NCBI GenBank assembly: GCA_046330435.1
Contig: JAXLST010000017.1
Location: 46,450-110,449 of the forward strand
Length of the DNA: 64,000 nt
Source of the DNA: Thermoleophilia bacterium
Lineage (GTDB): Bacteria > Actinomycetota > Thermoleophilia > Miltoncostaeales > Miltoncostaeaceae
Direction of reading: 5' to 3'
The notes beneath the pieces are model-generated. The model was not told the DNA's origin. It made no database searches and was given only the letters and a program-made list of their open reading frames with translations. A program made the position numbers and the translations under genes. This document shows positions 46,199 through 56,425 of this stretch, piece after piece. The number at the start of each line of letters is the position of its first letter. The first letter of the stretch is position 1.

Positions 46199-47719
46199 GT
46201 GATCGACGACCCCCGGCGCATGAGGCTGTGGCTGTCGCTGCTGGTGCTCGTGTGCGGGGCGTCCTCCCTGGCCACCGAGATGACCGGGGCGCGGCTGCTG
46301 GCGCCGTACTTCGGCACGTCGGACCTGGTGTGGGCCAACGTGATCGGCCTCATCCTGCTGTCGCTGTCGCTGGGGTACTGGGCCGGCGGGCGGATGGCCG
46401 ACCGGCACCCCACCCCGCGGGCACTGGCGACGGTGGTGCTGGTGGCGGCCTGCGCGCTGGCGGTGATCCCGTTCGCCGCGCGGCCGCTGTTCTCCACGTC
46501 CGCCCACGCGTTCGCGGACCTCTCCGCCGGCGCGTTCGTGGCGAGCTTCTTCGGCGCGCTGGCGATGTTCATCGTGCCGGTCACCTCGCTGGGCGCCGTC
46601 ACCCCGTGGGCGATCCGCCTGGCGGTCGCCGACGTGGACACGGCCGGCGCCGTCGCGGGCCGTCTGTACGCGCTGTCCACCATCGGGTCCATCGCCGGGA
46701 CGTTCCTGCCGGTGCTGGTGCTCATCCCCGCGGTGGGGACGCGCCGCACGATCCTTGGGGTCGCCGCCGTGCTGGCGCTGGCCGCGGCGCCCGCGCTGCG
46801 CCGCCGCACCCTGGCGGTTCCGGCGGTCGCGGTGGGGCTGGTGCTGCTGCCGCCCGGCCAGATCAAGGCGGCCCCCGCCGGCGAGAAGGTGGTGTTCGAG
46901 GCCGAGTCGTCGTACCAGTACGTCCAGGTGCTGCAGAAGCCCGACGGGGCGCGGGTGCTGCAGCTCAACGAGGGCTGGGCGGTGCACTCCCGCACGCCCG
47001 CCGCCGGGGTGCTCACCGACAACTACTGGGACGCCTTCGCGACGCTGCCGCGGCTGGCCGGCGGCCCGTCGGGGCGGCTGCTGATCCTGGGCAACGCGGG
47101 CGGCACCATCGCGCGGCTCTACGGCGCCCTGTGGCCCGCCGTGACCGTGGACGGCGTGGAGATCGACCCGGTGGTCACCGACGCGGCCCGCAGGTACCTG
47201 GACATGACCAACCCGCGGCTGCGGGTGTACACGGCGGACGCGCGGTTCTGGCTGGAGGGGTCGCGGCCGTCGTACGACATCGTCGTGATCGACGCGTACG
47301 CCCAGCCGTACATCCCCTTCCACCTGGCCACGAAGGAGTTCTTCCGCCTGGTGCGCGACCACCTGCGCCCCGGCGGCGTGGTCGCGGTGAACGTGGGGAC
47401 CCCGCCCGACCAGCGGCAGATGGTGGACCGCATCGCCGCCACGATGCGCAGCGTCTTCCCCACCGTGGCGGCGTCCCGGGTGGTGCGGTTCAACTCGGTG
47501 GTCGTGGCGTTCCAGGCTCCCACCGACGTCGCCGTGGCGCGGGAGGGGCTGCGGTCGCTGTTCGGGCCGCTGGGCCCGGCGGCCGCCCGCCTGGCGGACG
47601 ACCTGCGGGAGGTGCCGCCCGGCGGCACCGTGCTCACCGACGACCACGCCCCGGTGGAGCTGCTCACCGATCGGGCGCTGCTGGAGTACCTCAAGGAGGG
47701 CGCGCCGGGCGCGCCCTGA
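46199..47719 (+). CDS. Membrane-fused spermidine-synthase-like (polyamine aminopropyltransferase family) protein
   Basis: About 200-aa polytopic N-terminal half, then ESSYQYVQV...LILGNAGGT...VEIDP...VIDAY methyltransferase-fold signature. Confidence 0.8.
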   Translation: MIDDPRRMRLWLSLLVLVCGASSLATEMTGARLLAPYFGTSDLVWANVIGLILLSLSLGYWAGGRMADRHPTPRALATVVLVAACALAVIPFAARPLFSTSAHAFADLSAGAFVASFFGALAMFIVPVTSLGAVTPWAIRLAVADVDTAGAVAGRLYALSTIGSIAGTFLPVLVLIPAVGTRRTILGVAAVLALAAAPALRRRTLAVPAVAVGLVLLPPGQIKAAPAGEKVVFEAESSYQYVQVLQKPDGARVLQLNEGWAVHSRTPAAGVLTDNYWDAFATLPRLAGGPSGRLLILGNAGGTIARLYGALWPAVTVDGVEIDPVVTDAARRYLDMTNPRLRVYTADARFWLEGSRPSYDIVVIDAYAQPYIPFHLATKEFFRLVRDHLRPGGVVAVNVGTPPDQRQMVDRIAATMRSVFPTVAASRVVRFNSVVVAFQAPTDVAVAREGLRSLFGPLGPAAARLADDLREVPPGGTVLTDDHAPVELLTDRALLEYLKEGAPGAP

Positions 47720-47724
47720 CCGGG

Positions 47725-48141
47725 TTACCCGTCGTCCGGCGGCTGGTACCGGGCCACCGAGAAGCCCAGCAGCAGCGGCACCACGACCGCGAAGACACCC
47801 AGCATCGCCAGCAGCACCGCCAGCGGCCGGGCCGGGGTGCCGTCGTGCACGAACGCGTAGCCGATCATCCCGGCGATCACGAGGTACCCGGCGAGGGCCC
47901 ACCCGGCGACCAGCCGGAACACCCCCCACGCGAACTCCCGGATGTGGACCAGCAACCCCACCGCGCCCACCAGCAGCGCCGCCGCGACGCACAGCAGCAC
48001 GACCGCCGGCGCCAGGCTGATGTCGCCCGGCAGGTTCGCCGCCATGTAGACGCCGCCGACGATCACCAGCACCATCGCCGCGACGGCGAGCTCGGGCACG
48101 GGCGGCAGCCGACGGGTCCCGGTGTGCGGGTGCGCGCTCAT
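47725..48141 (-). CDS. Hypothetical 4-TM membrane protein
   Basis: ATGA overlap with the upstream membrane-protein gene. Hydrophobic segments throughout. Confidence 0.55.
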   Translation of the reverse strand: MSAHPHTGTRRLPPVPELAVAAMVLVIVGGVYMAANLPGDISLAPAVVLLCVAAALLVGAVGLLVHIREFAWGVFRLVAGWALAGYLVIAGMIGYAFVHDGTPARPLAVLLAMLGVFAVVVPLLLGFSVARYQPPDDG

Positions 48142-48755
48142 CCGCTGGCCAGCTTGGTCATGATGATCAGCGTCGCGACCTGCATGAGCCCCGTGATGCC
48201 CGCCGTGTAGACGAAGCGCTTCATGAGCCGGGCGATGAGCTCGCCATCGGGCCGGGGCTTCTTCAGCTCGAACAGCACCGCGAGGTTGGCGGGCTCCAGC
48301 ACCCCGATCGCGATGGTGGCCATGACCCCCACCACGATGTACGACGCGACCAGCCAGTTGTGGTGCGCGTAGCTGGGGCTCAGGGTCCCGAGGTGCCGGG
48401 CCAGCTGCCAGCCGGACGCGAGGGTCATGGTGACCAGCGTCGGCATGAGCAGCAGCATCTTCGGCATGAACCGGATGGAGAACTCCACCCGGGCGGGGAT
48501 CGACATGCGGCCGATGATGGGGCCCAGGATGAGGCCGACGAACAGGTCGATGCCGGTCCACAGGCCGCCGCCGACCACGTGGAAGAAGTCCAGGGCCCAC
48601 AGCTCGTTCGTCGCGATCGCGGCGATCAGCCCGACCACGACGACGGCCACGATGGGCAGGCCGCGCACCGGCACGATCTGGAAGTCGGGCCGTGCGGGCG
48701 GCGACCCCGGCATCGCCGGCACGGGTATGGCACCGCCGTGGGATTCCACCGCCAT
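48138..48755 (-). CDS. Hypothetical polytopic membrane protein
   Basis: 205-aa ORF with 4-5 TM segments and lower-than-local GC3, consistent with a real membrane protein. Confidence 0.6.
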   Translation of the reverse strand: MAVESHGGAIPVPAMPGSPPARPDFQIVPVRGLPIVAVVVVGLIAAIATNELWALDFFHVVGGGLWTGIDLFVGLILGPIIGRMSIPARVEFSIRFMPKMLLLMPTLVTMTLASGWQLARHLGTLSPSYAHHNWLVASYIVVGVMATIAIGVLEPANLAVLFELKKPRPDGELIARLMKRFVYTAGITGLMQVATLIIMTKLASG

Positions 48756-48927
48756 CGGTCGCTCCGGGTGTGGGCGTGGGGAGCAGGTCCGCCGTGGCGG
48801 GAATCTCCTCCCGCGGGGCGCCGCGCGTCAACCTCCCGCGCCGCGGGGGCGGCGGGTTAGGGTCCGGGTCGCCCCCGCCGCAACGCCGCGGCCGGGGCGC
48901 CGCCCACACCGGCCATCAGGGGAGCCC

Positions 48928-49281
48928 ATGCCCGACTTCGGTGAGAACGACATCGCCATCCGCCGCGCGAGGCGGCTCATCGAGAACGGCCAGGTGGTCG
49001 TCTCGAGCGACTGGACCGCCGTCCGCCCCTCGGACCAGGCCCAGGACGCGTTCCTGGAGGCCAACTCCTGGGAGGCGTACTCGTCGTGGCACCTCGGCGT
49101 CGACGACGACGAGCAGTACGACAGCAAGGACCGCTACGGCTTCCCGATCGGGGACTTCGACCAGGTCCACCAGTCGGCGCTCGTGCACGCCATGCTCATG
49201 GCCGAGCGGGACGGGCACACCGAGGTCAAGCTGGCCGCCCAGGACCTGCTCGGCCGGTTGCAGGGGACCCCGGGCCGGTAG
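48928..49281 (+). CDS. Hypothetical acidic protein (117 aa)
   Basis: AGGGGAG-4nt-ATG. Balanced composition (ENDIAIRRARRLIENGQVV...DRYGFPIGDF). Confidence 0.6.
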   Translation: MPDFGENDIAIRRARRLIENGQVVVSSDWTAVRPSDQAQDAFLEANSWEAYSSWHLGVDDDEQYDSKDRYGFPIGDFDQVHQSALVHAMLMAERDGHTEVKLAAQDLLGRLQGTPGR

Positions 49282-49382
49282 CGCCCCCGGGATCCCCGCG
49301 CGGGGCCGCCGCCCCGGCAGCCCCGTGCGGACCGTGGTGGTGCGCACGACGCCCGGAGGGCTCACCCCCGGCAGCCCGTGCG

Positions 49383-50608
49383 TCAGCGCGTCTCGCCGCG
49401 GGCGCCGTGCACGTCCTCCCGGGACGTCGCGGCGTAGCGGACCCCCGGGATCGCGACGGCGCCGGGCGCGAGGCGGGCCCGCGCGGCGGTGTCGCCCTTC
49501 AGCGTGTCCTGCAGGAATGCCGTGGACAGGTGGAGCACCACCCGCAGCGCCCGGGCCTTGTTCCAGGCCGGGTCGGCGCAGAGGTAGCTGCGGAACCAGC
49601 GGGTCCGGACCCACGGCTGGTCCTTGCACGGTGAGGTGAAGACGAAGTGCTCCGCGCCCTTCAGGGTGACCAGGATCTTCGTGGAGCTCGCGACCCCGTC
49701 GTAGGTGAGCCTGGCGCCCCAGCCGTACGGGGTGCCGGTGTCGGCGGTGCCGCCGATCGCCATCGTCGGGACGGTGACCTTCGCCAGGCCGGCGCGGCCG
49801 AACATGTAGGCGTCGCCGGCCATGGGGATGATGGCCTTTACGCGCGGGTCGCCGGCAGACGGCCACAGGCCGCGCGGCGGTCGCGCGAGGCCCGCACGGG
49901 CGGCCATCCTGCCCTCGTTCGGGAGGATCGGGCTGCAGAAGAACGTCAGCGGCGAGCGCTTGGGCAGGGCGCCGCAGCGGGAACGGTAGGCACGCATGTC
50001 GTATCGCGCCCCGGCCGCCGCCAGGGCCGTATAGCCGCCGTACGAATGGCCGACCACGGCGACGCGTGACATGTCGAGCAGGCCCTCGAGCGCGCCGCCC
50101 GGCGCGGTGAGGCGCTCGGCGGCGTCCAGCGTTCGCGTGACGCTTCGGGGACGGTCGATGAGCCCCTTCCACAGCCCCTGGAACGTGGTGTCCAGGGTCT
50201 CGCGGTGCTCCGGTGCCACCACCACGAAGCCGCGCGAGGCGTAGTGCTCGGTCATCGCCGCGTACACGACGGGGCTCAGGTGGAACCCGTGGGAGAACAC
50301 GATCACCGGGTACGGGGCCTCGTCGGCGACGGGTGCCGCGCCGGCGAGGGCCCGGCCGAACGCGTACGGCGGGTGGGCGGGCTTCCAGTCGCGGTCCTTG
50401 TTCGGCACGTCGTACCGCACGCGCTCCACGGCCCCCGCGGGGATGACCCCCGGGTACCAGACGTGGATGTCCATGCGCCGGCGTCCCGTCCCGTCGGCCA
50501 GGCGCAGGTAGCCCACGCCGTGGGGTCCGCGTGCCGCGTAGTCGAGGGATGTCTCCGGTGCCGACGCAACCGGCGATGGCTGGGCGCTCCCGGTCGCCCC
50601 ACCGGCGC
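49383..50608 (-). repeat. Direct repeat copy A (about 1.2 kb) of the hydrolase gene
   Basis: Long stretches align base-for-base with 52810-54018 (for example GTGTCCTGCAGGAATGCCGTGGACAGGTGGAG, GACATGTCGAGCAG, CCGACGCAACCGGCGATGGCTGGGCGCTCC). Confidence 0.85.
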
Positions 50609-50660
50609 TCCGCCCCGCGGACAGGGCGAAGCGCCGCGGGGTCGCGGCGAACCCCGTCAC
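49383..50660 (-). CDS. Alpha/beta hydrolase (PAF-acetylhydrolase/dienelactone-hydrolase/lipase-like), intact paralogue A
   Basis: VIVFSHGF...VAVVGHSYGGYTA nucleophile elbow. 425-aa uninterrupted ORF. GTGA overlap with the end of the CSLREA ORF. The N-terminus has RRFAL but only a poor signal-peptide h-region. Confidence 0.8.
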   Translation of the reverse strand: MTGFAATPRRFALSAGRSAGGATGSAQPSPVASAPETSLDYAARGPHGVGYLRLADGTGRRRMDIHVWYPGVIPAGAVERVRYDVPNKDRDWKPAHPPYAFGRALAGAAPVADEAPYPVIVFSHGFHLSPVVYAAMTEHYASRGFVVVAPEHRETLDTTFQGLWKGLIDRPRSVTRTLDAAERLTAPGGALEGLLDMSRVAVVGHSYGGYTALAAAGARYDMRAYRSRCGALPKRSPLTFFCSPILPNEGRMAARAGLARPPRGLWPSAGDPRVKAIIPMAGDAYMFGRAGLAKVTVPTMAIGGTADTGTPYGWGARLTYDGVASSTKILVTLKGAEHFVFTSPCKDQPWVRTRWFRSYLCADPAWNKARALRVVLHLSTAFLQDTLKGDTAARARLAPGAVAIPGVRYAATSREDVHGARGETR

Positions 50661-52786
50661 CCGTGGGTCGGAGGCCGCGGTGGCCGGTGATCCCGCGGTG
50701 AAGGTGCGGTCCTCGCCCGTCGCGGTTCCGTCCTGCCCGCACCCGACCCCGGTAGTGGTAGACGCGGCCTGCGACGAGGCCGGCGACGGTCACGGAGAAC
50801 CGACGAGGGTGCGGCGGCGCCCGCCACCGCCACCGGCGGCGTGGTGGTCCCGTAGGCGGTCGTCGTGCCGAGTTCGAATGTGACGCCGACGGGGAGCCCG
50901 CGGAGGTCTGGACGCCGCCCTGCAGCACCATGCCCGCCCCGGACGGCGCAGCACCCCGGTGGTGGCCAGCGGCGGGGCCACCTCGAGCGCCCCGCGTCGC
51001 ATCCGGCGCCGACCGGCCGCACGGCCCCGCGGGCGTCGGCCGCCGGGCACAGCCGGCCCCCGGCAGGAGCCCGGTCCGATGGCGGCGCTGCCCGCTCGAG
51101 CACGTGCGTGGGCGGGGTGCCGCCGTTGGCGGAGAGCGGCCCCAGGCGCGCGTCGCCGGCGGCGCCGGGACACCCAGCGGCGTTCTGCGCGAGGTTCGCG
51201 CCGCCGTCGGCGACGAAGAACGTCCGCCACAGGAGTTGCCGACGACGATCGAGGCCGTCGGGGAGACGGCCGCGTCGGATGAGATCCCCGCTCCGGCTCC
51301 GGCGCCGGGCGATGCCGGTGGGCCCCTGCGCCCGGCGGACTGGCATTCCCGAGTTCCCGTGCCGCCGGGGCCAGCCCCGTTGGCCGTGAGCGTGAGGAAC
51401 GACGCCGTGGTGGATCCGGTGCCGCTGGTGACGAGGCCGCCGCCCGCTCCCGCGGCGCCGCCCGCGGCGCTCGGAGCCGAGGCTCACTCCAGACCCGCCT
51501 CCACCTCCACCGCCGCCTCCCGCGGCGAGGTTGCCGGAGACCGTGACGTTCTGCAGTGACAGCGCCGCGGGGTTGAACAGCGATGCCGCCCCCATATCCC
51601 CCGGTTCCGCCGGCTCCCCCAGTGCCCGGGCCGAAGTCACCGCTTCCCGATGGGCTTCCACCGCGGCCGGAGCCTCCGACGCCGCCGGATCCCGTCGTGT
51701 TCGACGCGACCGTGGATCCGTTCGATCGACGTTCCACAGCACGCGGATGCCGCCACCGTCGCCGCCTCGCCCGCCCGTCCCGCCCGTGCCGATTCCGCCG
51801 TTCGCCCCGGCACCGCCCGCGCCGGCGTCCCCACCGCGGCGGCACCGCCCGGGCCGCCGGCACCCGCCAGTTGCCGAGGATCGCCGAGTCACGGATGGTG
51901 ACCGTGCCGAACGCGTCCAGGCCCCCGCTGCCGCCCGCCCCACCGGTTCCGCCCGTGCCGCGCCCGCCCTCCGCGGGCACCAGGCCGCCCTCGGCGGAGC
52001 CCCCGCGCCCGGCCCCTCTCCAGCGCCGCCGGTACCGCGGTTGTCACTCACCACGCTCTGCGACAGCGTGAGGTCGCCCCCGTTGGCGGCGATCCCGCCG
52101 GTGCCACCGTTTCCACCCTGGCCTCCGACGCCCGTTTGACCGACTGCGCCGGCGGTGCCCGCGAGGCCCGTGGTGTCGGCCCCGCCCCCCTCCGGAACCC
52201 CCGTGTTGGCCACCACCCGCAGGCGTTCCAGCACCACCTTGGCGCCATGGGGGCGGATGCCGCCGCCCACGACCTCCCCGTTGCCTCCCGCCTCCCCCGA
52301 GAACCCGGTGAACGGACCGCGGAGACGCCCGCCGGGGCCACCCCGCCGGTGAGCGCGAGGTCGGCGATACGGACGGACGTGGCGCTCGCGAGCACGTCGA
52401 TGACGCCCGGTCGAGCCCCGGCCCGCGTCGATGATCGTGGCGGCCGGGCGGCCCACGATCTCCATCGACGAGGTGACGTCGAGGTCCCCGCGGGCGTTGG
52501 CGTCCTCCGCCCTGCCGGCGATCGTGCGGCAGTACGTCCCCGCGGGCAGGACGATGCGGTCGGTGACGGCGGCCTGCCAAGCCGTGCATTCGCCCGCCCC
52601 CGCGGTCGCGGCGTTCGCGTTCGCGGCCGTCACCGCCTCGCGCAGGGAGCACCGCCCGTCCGCGGCCACGACGTCGGCGGTCGTCGTGACGGCGATGGTC
52701 GCCGCACCCGCGGACGCGGGCGGGACGAGCAGGCGGGCTGCGGTGGCGACGGACGCCGAGACGTGGACCGCGGCGACATGGGCCAT
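50657..52786 (-). pseudogene. Secreted CSLREA-domain / choice-of-anchor-Q-like parallel beta-helix protein with Gly-rich repeats; multiple frameshifts
   Basis: Signal peptide, then DGRCSLREAVTAANAN. Gly-rich GGNGGTGG-type repeats. C-terminal LGPLSANGGTPPTH...RG..RP.G.GCD. Plausible blocks alternate between frames with Arg-rich nonsense in between. Confidence 0.7.
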
Positions 52787-52809
52787 TCTGCGCGTGCGCG
52801 ATCACGCGG

Positions 52810-54018
52810 TCAACGCGGGTCGTGACGGGTGCGCACCTCCTCGCGGTCCGTCGCCGCGTAGCGGGACCCCCCCGGGATCGCGACGGTGCCAGGCGCGAGG
52901 CGGGCCGCGCGGCGGTGTCGCCCTTCAGCGTGTCCTGCAGGAATGCCGTGGACAGGTGGAGGACCACCCGCAGTGCGGGCCTTGTTCCAGGCCGGGTCGG
53001 CGCAGAGGCGCTGCGGAACCAGCGGGTCCGGACCCACGGCTGGTCCTTGCACGGTGAGGTGAAGACGAAGTGCTCCAGCACGCCCTTCAGGGTGACCAGG
53101 ATCTTCGTGGAGCTCGCCGATCGTGTAGGTGAGCCTGGCGCCCCACCCGTACGGGGTGCCGGTGTCGGCGGTGCCGCCGATCGCCATCGTCGGGACGGTG
53201 ACCTTCGCGAGGCCGGCGCGGCCGAACGCTGTAGGCGTCGCCGGCCATGGGGATGATGGCCCTCACGCGCGGGTCGCCGGCAGACGGCCACAGGCCGCGC
53301 GGCGGTCGCGCGAGGCCCGCACAGGCGGCCATCCTGCCCTCGTTGGGGAGGATCGGGCTGCAGAAGAACGTCAGCGGCGAGCGCTGGGCAGGGCGCCGCA
53401 GCGGGAACGGTAGGCATGCATGTCGTATCGCCCCGGCGGCCGCCAAGGCCGTGTAGCCGCCGTACGAATGGCCGACCACGGCGACGCGTGACATGTCGAG
53501 CAGCCCCTCGAGGGCGCCGCCCGGCGCGGTGAGGCGCTCGGCGGCGTCCAGCGTCCGCGACGCGGGGACGGTCGATGAGCCCTTCCACAGCCCCTGGAAC
53601 GTGGTGTCCAGGGTCTCGCGGTGCTCGGTGCCACCACCACGAAGCCGCGCGAGGCGTAGTGCTCGGTCATCGCCGCGTACACGACGGGGCTCAGGTGGAA
53701 CCCGTGGGAGAACACGATCACCGGGTACGGGGCCTCGTCGGCGACGGGTGCCGCGCCGGCGAGGGCCCGGCCGAACGCGTACAGCGGGTGGGCGGGCTTC
53801 CAGTCGCGGTCCTTGTTCGGCACGTCGTACCGCACGCGCTCCACGGCCCCCGCGGGGAGCCCCCCGGGTGCCAGACGTGGATGTCCATGCACCGCCGGCG
53901 TCGTCCCGTCGGCCAGGCGCGACAGCCCGCCGTGAGGTCCGCGCCGCGTCGTCGAGGGATGTCTCGGGTGCCGACGCAACCGGCGATGGCTGGGCGCTCC
54001 CCGTCGCCGCACCGGCGC
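52810..54018 (-). repeat. Direct repeat copy B of the hydrolase gene
   Basis: Roughly 90%-similar by eye to 49383-50608, with many 1-2 nt indels and substitutions. Confidence 0.85.
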
Positions 54019-54082
54019 CCAGCGCGGCGAGCGCCAGGCCCAGCGTGGCGAGTGCGGTGGCCCTTCTGGTGCGGACGTTCAT
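52810..54082 (-). pseudogene. Alpha/beta hydrolase paralogue B, decayed (about 10 or more frame changes)
   Basis: Good Tat/Sec-like leader MNVRTRRATALATLGLALAALGAGAATGSA. Homologous blocks (VIVFSHGF, VVGHSYGGYTA, MAIGGTADTGTPYGWGARLTY) are spread over three frames. ATGA overlap with the MMPL stop. Confidence 0.8.
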
Positions 54083-56364
54083 GCTTCTCCCCTTGTCGTG
54101 TGCGGGTGGGTGAGGTTGCCCCGGGGCTGCTCCGGCACGGCCGCCGACGGCCGGGCCGGGATGGGCGCCGTGACGCGCCCCGGGAGGAGGCGGTCCATCC
54201 ATCCGGGGAGCCACCAGTTGGCGCGCCCCATCAGGGTCATCGCGGCGGGGACGAGGACCATCCGCACGACCGTCGCGTCCAGGAGGATCGCGGTGGCGAG
54301 GCCCAGGCCGAACATCTTGGTGGACGGGTCGCCCGCCGCGACGAACCCGAGGAACACCGACACCATGATCATCGCCGCGGAGGTGATGACCCGGCCGGTG
54401 GATGCCAGGCCCCGCACCACCGCCTGGTGGGTGTCGCCGGTGGCGAGGTGGTGCTCCCGGATCCGGGAGAGCAGGAACACCTCGTAGTCCATGGACAGCC
54501 CGAAGACGATGGCGAACATGAACAGCGGGATGAACGAGACGACCGGGACGGCCTGCTCGACGCCGATGAGCGACGCGCCCCAGCCCCACTGGAACACCAT
54601 CACCATCACGCCGTAGGCCGCGCCGATGGACAGGAGGTTCAGGACGGCGGCTTTGACCGGCACGACGACCGACCGGAACACGAGCACCAGGAGCAGCAGG
54701 GAGAGCCCCACGACCGCCGCGATGAACGCCGGCAGGCGGTGGGTCACCCGGTCGCTCAGATCGATGAAGTTCGCCGTCTGGCCGCCCAGGTACGCGCGGG
54801 CGCCGGACCCGGCGAGCGCCTCGGGGACCACCTGGTCGCGCAGCCGCAGCAGGGTGCGGCGGCTCGCCGGGTCCTGCGGGGCGGTCGCCGGGATCGCCGT
54901 GATGGAGGCGACATCGGAGCGCCGGTCGACCACTGTCGCCTCGACGCGCGCGATCCCCGGGTCGCGCGCCACCGCATCGGCCAGGCGGGCGAGCGCCGCC
55001 CCGTCCCGCGCACCGTCGACCGCGATGAGGAACGGCCCGTTGATCCCGGGGCCGAATCCCGACGCGACCAGGTCGTACGCCCGCCGCTCGGTGCGGGAGT
55101 CCGGGAGCGTGCCGTCGTCGGGCGTGCCGAGGCGGAGGCCCAGCACCGGCGCGGACAGCGCGAGCCGCAGGATCGTCGCCCCGACCGCGTAGGGCCGCGC
55201 GTGGCGGGCGACGTGGTGCGCCCACCGCTCCCACCGGGAGCGGTCCGGCCGGCCGGATCCCCCGCGGTGCACGCGGAGCCGGTCGATGCGCGGGCCGATG
55301 AGCCCGAGCAGGCCGGGCAGCAGCGACACCGCTGCGGTGACCATCAGCAGGACGACGACCGCGATGGCGACGCCGGCGGCCGTCACGAACGGCAGCCCGG
55401 TCACCGCCAGCCCGAGGATCGACACGAGCACCGTGCCGCCGGCGAACACCACGGTGCGGCCGGACGTCGCCACGGCGTGCCCGATCGAGTCCGGGATGCC
55501 CATGCCCCGGGCCAGGTTCTCGCGGTGGCGAGAGACCAGCAGGAGGGCGTAGTCGATCCCGACGCCCAGCCCCACCATCGCCGCCATCATCGTGGACCAG
55601 CTCGGGATCTGGATCAGGTGCCCCACGAGGGGCAGCAGGCTGATCCCGACCGCCAGGCCGAACAGGGCCAGCACGATCGGCACGGCCATCGCGATCACCG
55701 ATCCGAACGCGACCAGCAGGATGATCGCCGCGATCACGACGCCCGCGAGCTCGCCCAGGTTCCCCTGGGGCTGTTCGAAGGCGAAGTAGAGCTCGCCACC
55801 CGCCTCGATCCGCAGCACGTCGCCGGCGGGTGTGCCGCGGGCCGCGCCGAGGGCGTCCTTGAAGCGGTCGAGGTCGCTCGCGTCGAGCTCCTCCCGGACG
55901 GGGTACTGGACCCGGATGAGGGCGACCCGCCCGTCGGCCGAAACGGCCGCCGCCGGGTCGGAGGCGACGCGCACGTTCGGCAACGACGCGAACCGCGATC
56001 GCACCTGGGCGGCGGCCTCACGCGCCGCGGCGGAGCCGGTGAACGTGACCCCCTCGGCGCGCGGGGTGAGGACGACCTGGGCGGTCAGCCCCGCCCGGTC
56101 GGCGCCCGCTGAGTCCAGCAACTCGACGGCGGTGCGGGAGTCACTTCCGGGGACGTCGAAGCGGTCCTCGAAGTCCTGTCCGAATGCCGTCGCCGCGACG
56201 AGCACGACGGCCGCGACCGCGAGCCAGGCGCCGATCGTGATGAGCGGCCGCCGTGCGGCGAAGCGGCCGAGTGCGAGGAGTGCGCGGGACAACGCGGACC
56301 GTCCTGGGCGATGGTGGGTACCGGATCGCTCTGGATGGTCGGGGCGTCGGCGTCCCGGCCGCAT
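54079..56364 (-). CDS. MMPL-family (RND superfamily) membrane transporter
   Basis: Two 6-TM bundles. GVGIDYALLLVSRHRE and FGLSMDYEVFLLSRIRE motifs. Start uncertain: ATG 56409, ATG 56364 or TTG 56292. Confidence 0.88.
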   Translation of the reverse strand: MRPGRRRPDHPERSGTHHRPGRSALSRALLALGRFAARRPLITIGAWLAVAAVVLVAATAFGQDFEDRFDVPGSDSRTAVELLDSAGADRAGLTAQVVLTPRAEGVTFTGSAAAREAAAQVRSRFASLPNVRVASDPAAAVSADGRVALIRVQYPVREELDASDLDRFKDALGAARGTPAGDVLRIEAGGELYFAFEQPQGNLGELAGVVIAAIILLVAFGSVIAMAVPIVLALFGLAVGISLLPLVGHLIQIPSWSTMMAAMVGLGVGIDYALLLVSRHRENLARGMGIPDSIGHAVATSGRTVVFAGGTVLVSILGLAVTGLPFVTAAGVAIAVVVLLMVTAAVSLLPGLLGLIGPRIDRLRVHRGGSGRPDRSRWERWAHHVARHARPYAVGATILRLALSAPVLGLRLGTPDDGTLPDSRTERRAYDLVASGFGPGINGPFLIAVDGARDGAALARLADAVARDPGIARVEATVVDRRSDVASITAIPATAPQDPASRRTLLRLRDQVVPEALAGSGARAYLGGQTANFIDLSDRVTHRLPAFIAAVVGLSLLLLVLVFRSVVVPVKAAVLNLLSIGAAYGVMVMVFQWGWGASLIGVEQAVPVVSFIPLFMFAIVFGLSMDYEVFLLSRIREHHLATGDTHQAVVRGLASTGRVITSAAMIMVSVFLGFVAAGDPSTKMFGLGLATAILLDATVVRMVLVPAAMTLMGRANWWLPGWMDRLLPGRVTAPIPARPSAAVPEQPRGNLTHPHTTRGEA

Positions 56365-56425
56365 CGGCGCATCGGCTCGAAGCCGCCCGGCCGATGGAAC
56401 GGTCCCCATCTCGCACTTTCGGCCG

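Noticed and set aside
45848-47992. 714-aa minus-strand ORF and the 722-aa plus-strand ORF at 46042-48210
   Set aside because: They overlap the PadR gene, the spermidine-synthase-like gene and the membrane-protein genes in wrong frames. His/Arg/Gly-rich low-complexity translations.
51400-52200. Repetitive G-rich DNA that might have been a CRISPR array or non-coding tandem repeat
   Set aside because: The repeats are irregular Gly-codon (GGN) runs inside the beta-helix gene (GGNGGTGG-type peptide repeats). There is no constant repeat/spacer periodicity and there are no cas genes.
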